From Bacillus thermozeamaize (GTDB lineage Bacteria; Bacillota; Bacilli; ZCTH02-B2), in the NCBI GenBank assembly GCA_002159075.1, contig LZRT01000060.1, positions 3,475 through 67,474 on the forward strand: a stretch of 64,000 nucleotides of DNA. The letters are read 5' to 3'. The position numbers and the translations under genes are program-made. The notes beneath the pieces were generated by a model. The model saw nothing but the letters and a program-made list of their open reading frames with translations. It searched no databases and was not told the origin of the DNA. Shown piece by piece: positions 49,647 to 58,500 of this stretch; position 1 is the stretch's first letter, and each line of letters starts with the position of its first letter.

Positions 49647-52600
49647 GGAAAAACGGGAGGCAAATAACGGAGGATTTGCGGAAACGATTTGTTGATTTGA
49701 CGGGAGACCGGGATGCGGCGGAGATGATTTTTCCGGTCGAGCTTCTCTTATGGGGGTTTTACCAGGTTCATTCGGAGGGGAAGGCTCAAGAGGCGTGGTC
49801 GCTGATTCCGGGCTATGATGAGCCGATTTTGCCGGGGACGCACCGGGAGCTGATTGCCCGTTTGCGGGTGCTGTTTCCCACATTCCGAAACCGCCAGGCT
49901 TGGCACGATCTGATTCAGGAATATCAGGAGATCGATTTGAAGTACCGGCTGTTTGCCATTACACCGGAGGGATATCTTCAGAAAAACACCCCGGACTTCA
50001 TTCCGGATCGGGAAACGGTCTACCGGCAAATTTTGGATAAGCCGATTCCTTTTCATGCCGTCGAGAATACGTTTGCCAAGCCGGGTCTGTTTGTTTATCA
50101 GAGATCGATCGATGGTCAGGTGCAGGAATTTCGCGGGGAGCTTTTTTCTCTCCCGAAAGTGGAAGGGAGAGTTAGGCGTCTGCCGCTTTACCGGTCGAAA
50201 AAACGCGTTGGCGGTTCATTTCCCGCGGACTGGATAGATATGTCCGAGGAGATGGATGAGATCTTGGGTGGGAGCCGTTTTCGGGATTTTGTCCGGCAAA
50301 GCCAATTTATACCTTTAGGGGACAAGCCATTTCAATATGCCGGAAACCTGCACATCGCCGGCGGCTTGGGCGTTGGCAAGTCCACTTTTATCTTGCTTGA
50401 AACCTACCGTCTGGTCAAAAAACATCAGGTGAAAGTGGGCATCATCGAGGGGTCGGTTGAAGGCGTCCTGGAAAAAGTTCGCGAATTGCGCAAGCTCGGG
50501 CTGAAGGCGGTTCCGATCATCGGCAGAAGCAACCGGACAGGGCATTTGGCGGAATTTTTATACTCGGTGAGCAAAAAGGCAGAGGATCTCACCTCGTTGC
50601 GGGAAGAAGCTGCGGACGAGCTCCGGTACCTGTCCGGAAAATGCGTTATTCACGCCTTGGCGGAAGATTTTGCTGGTGACCAGCACTATCCTTGCGCGGC
50701 ACTTCAACAGGAAAAACAGAAGCGATTACTTTGCCCATTGTACGCGCAATGCGGCGTGATTCGTCCGGAATTGGAGCTTGTCGATGCGGATGTGTGGGTG
50801 GCCACCGCCCCCAGCGTCTTAAAGTCCCGTTTTTCGCCGATGGTTGATCCGTATCGAAGGACCTATTATGAAGCGATGTACCAATACCTCGATGTGATTT
50901 TTGTCGATGAGGCCGATCAGGTGCAAATGGCGTTTGATCAGGCCTTTATCGGACAATACGATTTGATCGGCAAGAGCGATGACTTGTTTGGCCGTTTGGT
51001 GCGGTCGACGGCCCCTCGCGTGGCCAGCGATCCGGGGTTATATTCACATACGCTAGTATCAAATTGGCTCAGTCACTTCGATTATCTTCGGAATATCGTC
51101 AATAAAATGTATCATTTGCTGTCCCGTTCCCCTTCTTTGGCATCGTGGTTGAAAAACCGCATCTTTCATGTCTACCGGATTTTACACGATGTGGCGAAAC
51201 ATCTTTGGGGTGAGAACTATCAAGAGCAGGCGGGTTATAAAATGTTGTCAGACTACGCAAAAGAACCCCTCAACCACCTTGTGCTTTCCCCGATTGTCGA
51301 TCAATTGCTGAATCCCATCGATCAGCAGAGGAAAAAAAACCTATTGGCGCAATGTTTAAAAGCGATCGCGAACGAAGAAAAGCGATATGAAGACGAACCC
51401 AAACTGTTTCAGAAACTGGAGTTTTTCCTCTATCTGGCCCGCATTGACGAACATCTGCGGTATCTCACAACCAATCATCTGTATGTCAACCCGTATCTGA
51501 ATTTGGAAGAAGAGATTGGGCAGATGTTTCGCACGACGCCGAGGGATTATCACCCCTTTATCAAGGACAGCATGACCGGCCTGTTGTTGGGATACCGTTA
51601 CCTTGCTACGGACGGAGTCCGGGAAGGGCATTTCAAGCTCCTTGAATATAACGGGGTAGGCAGGGAATTGCTGAAAGACTGGCACCGCATTTATGAAGAT
51701 GCCGACCAGTGGGAAGGGCCAGCGGTCGTGTTTTTGTCAGGGTCCAGTTACGCGCCCGGGTCGCATCATTTTCACCTCGACATTCCGGTTCATTGGCTCT
51801 TGATATCCCAGCGGGAGAAGCCTTGGATTGATCAGCGGTTGAGACTGATTCCCGATTTGGAAGCCAATCGCTACCTGTATGTGTCTGGCACAAGGCATCG
51901 GGAAGAACGGACGTTGGCGATTCAGAAAATGGTGCGAGATTTGAAGGGGACAATTGCCAGTGAATTGGCATACTGGCGGGACGAAAACCGGAAAATCTTG
52001 CTTGTAGTGAATTCGTACGAGGATCTTGAGGGCGTCCGTGAAGTGTTACAATCCGATCCAGACTGGAAAGATTGCTTTCGTCTGTTGTCCAGAGAGAGGG
52101 TGGAAGAGGGGCATTTCATTCCCAAACGGTTTATCCGAGATTTTGCGCAGGAAGAGGCGGACGTTTTGGCGGTGCCCCTGACGGCCGTAAGACGCGGTTA
52201 CAACATTTTGCAACCGGATACCGGCCGTTCTCTGTTCGGCAGCGTCTTCTTCCTGGTGCGTCCATACCACGTCCCAGGGGATATGGCCTACATCATCCCG
52301 TCCTTACACGGTTACTTGCCTTCATATTTAAGGACGATCGGTTCGAAACGCCTTCAATACGAAGATGGGATCAAACACTTGCGGCATAAGAGTATTCAGT
52401 TTTTGGAGGATATGGTCCGCAAGCCGCAATTTTGGGCTCTCTTGGACGAAGATGAACGCCGGCTGTTGTCTTGGTACACCTTTATCCTCGTGTGGCAGAT
52501 GATCGGCCGCCTGTTGCGCGGGGGCACCAATGCCCGCGTCTGGTATGTGGACAGCAAATTTGCCCACCCACATGGCGTACATGGGACAGGGGTAGAAGAC

Positions 52601-52732
52601 AGCATGCTGGCTAGTTGGAAACAGATGTTGCAGGAATTGGCGGGCGACCTGATTGTGCAGGAACTCTACGGCCCATTTATGCAATCGATAGACCATTTGA
52701 TTAACAGTGAAAGGGAGATAGCGGATGTCTAA
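49643..52732 (+). CDS. SF2 helicase, XPD/DinG-like with putative 4-Cys Fe-S insert
   Basis: Walker A GGLGVGKST, Walker B VIFVDEADQ, motif VI QMIGRLLRG. Four Cys (C-x16-C-x12-C-x5-C) lie between Walker A and B, where XPD/DinG helicases carry their 4Fe-4S domain. Confidence 0.75.
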   Translation: MRKNGRQITEDLRKRFVDLTGDRDAAEMIFPVELLLWGFYQVHSEGKAQEAWSLIPGYDEPILPGTHRELIARLRVLFPTFRNRQAWHDLIQEYQEIDLKYRLFAITPEGYLQKNTPDFIPDRETVYRQILDKPIPFHAVENTFAKPGLFVYQRSIDGQVQEFRGELFSLPKVEGRVRRLPLYRSKKRVGGSFPADWIDMSEEMDEILGGSRFRDFVRQSQFIPLGDKPFQYAGNLHIAGGLGVGKSTFILLETYRLVKKHQVKVGIIEGSVEGVLEKVRELRKLGLKAVPIIGRSNRTGHLAEFLYSVSKKAEDLTSLREEAADELRYLSGKCVIHALAEDFAGDQHYPCAALQQEKQKRLLCPLYAQCGVIRPELELVDADVWVATAPSVLKSRFSPMVDPYRRTYYEAMYQYLDVIFVDEADQVQMAFDQAFIGQYDLIGKSDDLFGRLVRSTAPRVASDPGLYSHTLVSNWLSHFDYLRNIVNKMYHLLSRSPSLASWLKNRIFHVYRILHDVAKHLWGENYQEQAGYKMLSDYAKEPLNHLVLSPIVDQLLNPIDQQRKKNLLAQCLKAIANEEKRYEDEPKLFQKLEFFLYLARIDEHLRYLTTNHLYVNPYLNLEEEIGQMFRTTPRDYHPFIKDSMTGLLLGYRYLATDGVREGHFKLLEYNGVGRELLKDWHRIYEDADQWEGPAVVFLSGSSYAPGSHHFHLDIPVHWLLISQREKPWIDQRLRLIPDLEANRYLYVSGTRHREERTLAIQKMVRDLKGTIASELAYWRDENRKILLVVNSYEDLEGVREVLQSDPDWKDCFRLLSRERVEEGHFIPKRFIRDFAQEEADVLAVPLTAVRRGYNILQPDTGRSLFGSVFFLVRPYHVPGDMAYIIPSLHGYLPSYLRTIGSKRLQYEDGIKHLRHKSIQFLEDMVRKPQFWALLDEDERRLLSWYTFILVWQMIGRLLRGGTNARVWYVDSKFAHPHGVHGTGVEDSMLASWKQMLQELAGDLIVQELYGPFMQSIDHLINSEREIADV

Positions 52733-55214
52733 AGTCATGCAATTGTACTCATTTCCCGTGGATTTGAAGTCCGTTCCTGAAATCCCGCTGTATGCTTTGT
52801 CCATGCCAAAACCGTGGCGGGATTATCTTGCTCAATTTAAAGAGGGGGAGTATAAGTACCGCTTTAAGCTGCACGGGTTGGGAGACAAACTGGAAGCTGT
52901 CTTTCCCAGCATTATTTCTAGCCATTTTTCAACACAAGTGGTGAAGGACGGGAAGCCTTGGATCATTGCGACGGAGAAGCTGGATTTGGATGTGATTACT
53001 CAGATGTTTCTAAGCTGGTTGAAAGTGAAGGCCGGCAACGGTGTCACTGATCCCGGTCTGCTTCGTCAGTTGCAGGAACTTCCGGATTGGGATTGGAGCA
53101 CTTTTGATTTGGAACGGGATGTCTACGACGAAAGTATCTTGTACAAGGTGGTGCCGGGGCTGTTTGCCCATTCGTTTTGCCGCGAGCCGGTTTATTTTGA
53201 TATCGGCGGCCAAGAGCTTTCATTCTATCCGATTGCTGCGGCGGAAAATGGGTATGAATGCATGTCCGAGCCCATCCAGCGAAAGGGAGGCGCTTTTTCA
53301 TATGTCCTCCGATTGCGGTTGGTCACCCGCGGCCTTCGGGCGGAACAAAAGTGTCTCAACGTCAGAGTTGGTATTCGCCGCTTTGTGTTGCAACCAGTAA
53401 TTGAAAAGAAGTACTGCTTATTGCGATGGCAAAAGCGGTCTTCGATCTATCTCTCCCTCAACAATCCTTACATAAAACAGGATCGAGTTTCATTTGCGAA
53501 ATTGTTTGCTGTGCGAGACAATCGCCGGGAACAGGAACGCAAAACCAAGTGGGAGGATGAATTTGAAGAATATTGTTCCGACCTGGTCTCACGGCAACAT
53601 TTGTCGACAGATGCCATTTATTGCGATCCAAAGGCGTATTTTCAAGGGGTAAACGGCATTCGAGCCTTCATCACCTATTCACCTGCCGCCTTTACTATCA
53701 ACTATGGGGCGATACGCCCCGGTGCCGGCCTGTATGAGCGAAAAACACTTTTTGAGCGGTTTCAAGAAAGATTTCCGCAACTGAACTTATTGCCGCCTTT
53801 GCCTAGCATCGAGGTTCGGGATCGCCGGGAACGGAAACCAGTCCCACCCAAAAGGGATTCGATCTATACGCTGGAAGTTTGGTCAAAGGACATGGCGTTT
53901 TTTCAGGCCGTTTGTGAGCAGACTGGGGAAATCCTCGATACCTCTCCTTCCGAAACGTTGCCATCCTCTGTTTCCTTTCCCGTGGCGGATCCGGATACAG
54001 GCGAGATCCAGTGGGAACTGCGCGTTGTCCATAAGGATCCCGGTGTTATGGTATCCCCCTTGGACGACAGGCTGGCAACAGCGAAGGAAACGTTTAATCA
54101 AAAAGGAATCCAAAAAAGAATCGGCGAAATTCGCCGGTTTGTGGAACAGGCCAGGGAGAAGCCGATGATGGCGCTGGTGGAAATTGAAGATTATCCCAAT
54201 CATGAGCAGCCAACGATGCGAAAAAATGACCCCAAACATGCTGTGAGGATCGGGATGTTGCGCACGGGACGAATCACGCAATTTATCCATCCTTTTGGGG
54301 ATGATGAGCAGGAAAACACGGCACGGGTTCAAAACGCCCTTTACGATTTGTTTTCTGACCGGGGATTCTTGGATTCGAGGTGGCATTTTCTCCAGCATGA
54401 TGCGATGATCGTGGGCTTTGATTATCTATATCCAAAGATAGAGTGGACGAGCGAAGAAGGGGCCAGGCTGTGGAAACGCGGTATCATTCCGATCATGAGC
54501 TGGGTCCGGAATGGCGAGGTTTATGTGAAAATCGGCCGGAGAAAATGGGAAACGTTTGACCGCGCATTGCTGAGTTTTGATCCCTATGCGATGAAGGAGC
54601 AAACGCTGGATCAAGGTTTGATTGAGGGGTATGTGGCGAAAGAGGTTCAAGAGATTCTGGCGCAAACCGAACAACAGGTGTATTTGTTTGTCAACGCCGC
54701 CCTTCGCCGCCACTTATGGCACAGATTGGCCAATGACCGCATTCAGCTGGATCAACTGCCATTTGAACACGCGTTTGCGGGTCAGGAAAGACTACGGGTG
54801 ATCCGGATCAACACGACCGACGAGGTTCCTTACGCCGATGTGCCCAACGTGAAAGGGGAGCCGACGAGAGGTCAGGGATTGTTCAAGGATAGCCCTGGAA
54901 TCTACTATAGTGTGGGTGCCAGACCCGACACGATGCAGATTTCCAAGGAGAAAAATAAGTGGGAGAATCCACGGACGATGATTGTCAAACAGCGGGTAGT
55001 GGAAATTATTCCATTAGGTTGTTCCACGGAAGAGGAAAGGGATCAACTGGCCATTCTGACCCATCAATTGCGGCAAGTCAGCCTAACATACAAGGAGCAC
55101 ACGATCCTGCCTTATCCGCTTAAACGGTTGCAGGCATTTGAGAAATATATGAAGTCGATGGATGAGGTTGAAACCGTGGATGGATTTGAGGAGTTGGGGG
55201 ATGAGTCGGATTAG
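52725..55214 (+). CDS. pPIWI-RE-type Argonaute-like protein
   Basis: 829 aa. MID-like loop RIGMLRTGRITQFI (compare human Ago2 LGMATQCV). PIWI-like strand MIVGFDY. Second catalytic position reads LFVNAA. C-terminal LPYPLKRLQAFEKY. The operon context REase + DinG-like helicase matches the three-gene pPIWI-RE island described computationally by Burroughs, Iyer and Aravind. Confidence 0.7.
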   Translation: MSKVMQLYSFPVDLKSVPEIPLYALSMPKPWRDYLAQFKEGEYKYRFKLHGLGDKLEAVFPSIISSHFSTQVVKDGKPWIIATEKLDLDVITQMFLSWLKVKAGNGVTDPGLLRQLQELPDWDWSTFDLERDVYDESILYKVVPGLFAHSFCREPVYFDIGGQELSFYPIAAAENGYECMSEPIQRKGGAFSYVLRLRLVTRGLRAEQKCLNVRVGIRRFVLQPVIEKKYCLLRWQKRSSIYLSLNNPYIKQDRVSFAKLFAVRDNRREQERKTKWEDEFEEYCSDLVSRQHLSTDAIYCDPKAYFQGVNGIRAFITYSPAAFTINYGAIRPGAGLYERKTLFERFQERFPQLNLLPPLPSIEVRDRRERKPVPPKRDSIYTLEVWSKDMAFFQAVCEQTGEILDTSPSETLPSSVSFPVADPDTGEIQWELRVVHKDPGVMVSPLDDRLATAKETFNQKGIQKRIGEIRRFVEQAREKPMMALVEIEDYPNHEQPTMRKNDPKHAVRIGMLRTGRITQFIHPFGDDEQENTARVQNALYDLFSDRGFLDSRWHFLQHDAMIVGFDYLYPKIEWTSEEGARLWKRGIIPIMSWVRNGEVYVKIGRRKWETFDRALLSFDPYAMKEQTLDQGLIEGYVAKEVQEILAQTEQQVYLFVNAALRRHLWHRLANDRIQLDQLPFEHAFAGQERLRVIRINTTDEVPYADVPNVKGEPTRGQGLFKDSPGIYYSVGARPDTMQISKEKNKWENPRTMIVKQRVVEIIPLGCSTEEERDQLAILTHQLRQVSLTYKEHTILPYPLKRLQAFEKYMKSMDEVETVDGFEELGDESD

Positions 55215-55574
55215 AATCTCGATAAAAAGCCTTTGTATGTTCTAGGATGAAACAACAAGACATTTGGAATTGAAAGGCGAGTTTCCATAGTTCGGCTTTC
55301 AACTTGCATATTTACATTTGTATTTGAATTGTATTTGGAGATTTGTATTTGGATGATTTAAGATATGAAACAGTATTTTTGATGTCGTCGATCGGCAATC
55401 ATGCAAAAATCCTGGGAGATCGACGACACATTTATTTGGAAGTCTAAACATGTCTTCGATCCATGGAAGACGTGAGTTTCAAGGAATTTTGATTGTCCGT
55501 TATCTTCCAAAACGAATTAAAATCATCTATAATCCCTTTTAAGGAAAAGTATTGATATGATGGGACCGAAATGG
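55215..55574 (+). promoter_or_regulatory. CRISPR leader
   Basis: AT-rich 360-bp region on the leader side of the array. Perfect TATAAT at 55528-55533, about 42 nt before repeat 1. Three TTGTATTTG copies at 55318, 55329 and 55343. A 10-bp perfect hairpin at 55384-55427. Confidence 0.6.
55384..55427 (+). other. Perfect 10-bp inverted repeat (possible terminator of the pPIWI-RE operon or leader element)
   Basis: GTCGTCGATC (55384-55393) pairs with GATCGACGAC (55418-55427) across a 24-nt loop. Only a weak T-run follows (ACATTTATTT). Confidence 0.35.
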
Positions 55575-58500
55575 GTTTGTAGCTTACCTATGAGGGATTG
55601 AAACGAGTATGACACGGATGATAAGATGGTCTCTTATAAGGGTTTGTAGCTTACCTATGAGGGATTGAAACACGGCTTCAGAAGATGACCAATTGGAAAT
55701 CGTGGTGACGGTTTGTAGCTTACCTATGAGGGATTGAAACAAGGCCAAATACTTCACACGACCGCGAAAGTTGGACTTTGTTTGTAGCTTACCTATGAGG
55801 GATTGAAACCTCTACGCATAAAAATAGTTGACATCGTACGCTACAGGTTTGTAGCTTACCTATGAGGGATTGAAACCGGTATAGCGGTAGATTCTAATAA
55901 AAATATATATGGTTTGTAGCTTACCTATGAGGGATTGAAACTGGCATTTTCCTATCCATAAATCCAGCCGTTTACCGTTTGTAGCTTACCTATGAGGGAT
56001 TGAAACTTGGATGCATACACCGTCCGGGTGCGCTGTTCTGTGAGTTTGTAGCTTACCTATGAGGGATTGAAACACCGTTGGCATACAGCAATGCGTCTGA
56101 ACGCCATTTCCGTTTGTAGCTTACCTATGAGGGATTGAAACACCTTTGGCATGTCTCACACCCCTATTCCAGCGGCTCGTTTGTAGCTTACCTATGAGGG
56201 ATTGAAACAGGGAAAGGTGGTGGATATATACGCAAATGCACCGAGTTTGTAGCTTACCTATGAGGGATTGAAACCCAAAGGCGTTTCATCCTTTAATTCC
56301 CACACCCCAAGTTTGTAGCTTACCTATGAGGGATTGAAACGGCGCATTCCTTCCGATAGGATTCCTTCAGAAGATACGTTTGTAGCTTACCTATGAGGGA
56401 TTGAAACTAGTGCTCCAGTGTAAATTTCGCCATTTTAATCCTGTCGTTTGTAGCTTACCTATGAGGGATTGAAACACGAAACCTTGTCTTCATCGGCCTA
56501 TGGATGGCGGCGTTTGTAGCTTACCTATGAGGGATTGAAACGTAATAGCCCTGGAGAGCAGGACAGAAACATTGCGAAGTTTGTAGCTTACCTATGAGGG
56601 ATTGAAACTTCGGAAGGGGAATGTCCCGATCAACTCGGCCACGAGGTTTGTAGCTTACCTATGAGGGATTGAAACCCAGATGTTCCCGAACGCAACGCGG
56701 TTGTCACGGCAAGTTTGTAGCTTACCTATGAGGGATTGAAACTATTCCTCGCGGTGGGCTTCGTTGGCCGAATCGTAGAGTTTGTAGCTTACCTATGAGG
56801 GATTGAAACAGGTATGGTAAAAAGCACAACGGATTGGGCAATCCGCGTTTGTAGCTTACCTATGAGGGATTGAAACTGACGAAAGCTTCCCAATTTATGG
56901 CAAAGCGGATGCGAGTTTGTAGCTTACCTATGAGGGATTGAAACATGGGAACCTCGTTTACCGTTGTAAAACGACGGTCAATGTTTGTAGCTTACCTATG
57001 AGGGATTGAAACTCCTTCCTTCCGTTGACCACCTGCGCATCCGCATCACTGTTTGTAGCTTACCTATGAGGGATTGAAACTCCTTCCTTCCGTTGACCAC
57101 CTGCGCATCCGCATCACGGTTTGTAGCTTACCTATGAGGGATTGAAACCGGGATAGTCGTTACACCTTACGGTTGTTTGGCATGTTTGTAGCTTACCTAT
57201 GAGGGATTGAAACAAGGGGATGAAGCGGACGGCATCTTGCAGATCGATGTGTTTGTAGCTTACCTATGAGGGATTGAAACAATCCTTCCTCGCCCCGCCG
57301 ATTTTCTCCCCGACATCGTTTGTAGCTTACCTATGAGGGATTGAAACGCTTCTCCTTTAATGTGATATGTACCGTAGGATCTCCAAGTTTGTAGCTTACC
57401 TATGAGGGATTGAAACGATGCATAATTCACGTAGTTTACGATCGTAATCAATGGTTTGTAGCTTACCTATGAGGGATTGAAACCTCATCTTTTCTTCGGC
57501 TATGCGGATGTCGGAAATGGGTTTGTAGCTTACCTATGAGGGATTGAAACGGGTATGGCCACTCCGGAAAAAGATCCAACTCTCGCGTTTGTAGCTTACC
57601 TATGAGGGATTGAAACCTTTCTTTCAGTCTTGGCACGTGCAACCGTCCCGGGTTTGTAGCTTACCTATGAGGGATTGAAACTTTTGCGCTGCATCGGCTT
57701 TGCGGCTTTGCGCTCTCAGTTTGTAGCTTACCTATGAGGGATTGAAACTGAAGCCTGCGGCTGGCTTCCGCCTCATCGGACGCCTGTTTGTAGCTTACCT
57801 ATGAGGGATTGAAACGCGATCGCCCTAGCAATCTTACGCGTGACGTAAGCATGTTTGTAGCTTACCTATGAGGGATTGAAACTCCAACTTAACCATTCAC
57901 TTCCCTAACGTCACATACACGTTTGTAGCTTACCTATGAGGGATTGAAACTTAGCCCGTCGAACAAGCCGTTGGCTGCAAGTGGCGTGTTTGTAGCTTAC
58001 CTATGAGGGATTGAAACGCGGCGAAAAGAGGAAGCGCGTGGAAGTGTACCACAAGTTTGTAGCTTACCTATGAGGGATTGAAACGCGCAACCCCATCGCC
58101 AATCGTGCATGATAGTGGCCTGTTTGTAGCTTACCTATGAGGGATTGAAACATGTACCGGATGGGTGCCGTATCGAGCAATCCATCCAGTTTGTAGCTTA
58201 CCTATGAGGGATTGAAACCCGGTTTCATGATGCCGCCTCCTGTCTTTTTCGCAGTTTGTAGCTTACCTATGAGGGATTGAAACTACCCCTCCAACAGGCA
58301 AACCTTGGAATGAAAGCCAGTTTGTAGCTTACCTATGAGGGATTGAAACGTCTACGTCATCACCTCCACACCTAGATTGCCTGTCAGTTTGTAGCTTACC
58401 TATGAGGGATTGAAACGACTCAGCCAACTGCCAAGCCCTTCCACTGCAGTCGCGTTTGTAGCTTACCTATGAGGGATTGAAACAAGCTTCCGGGCCACCG

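Noticed and set aside
55262-55285. GGAATTGAAAGGCGAGTTTCC in the leader as a degenerate extra CRISPR repeat
   Set aside because: Only the ATTGAAA core matches the repeat and the remainder is unrelated. The similarity is too short to call.
55215-55574. Type II-style tracrRNA/anti-repeat near the array
   Set aside because: No segment complementary to the repeat was seen in either flank. The repeat has the ATTGAAAC end typical of Cas6-processed type I/III arrays.
57260-57451. Small ORFs inside the CRISPR array (57260..57451 and 60682..60924)
   Set aside because: Their translations repeat FQSLIGKLQT, which is simply the reverse-strand translation of the CRISPR repeat.
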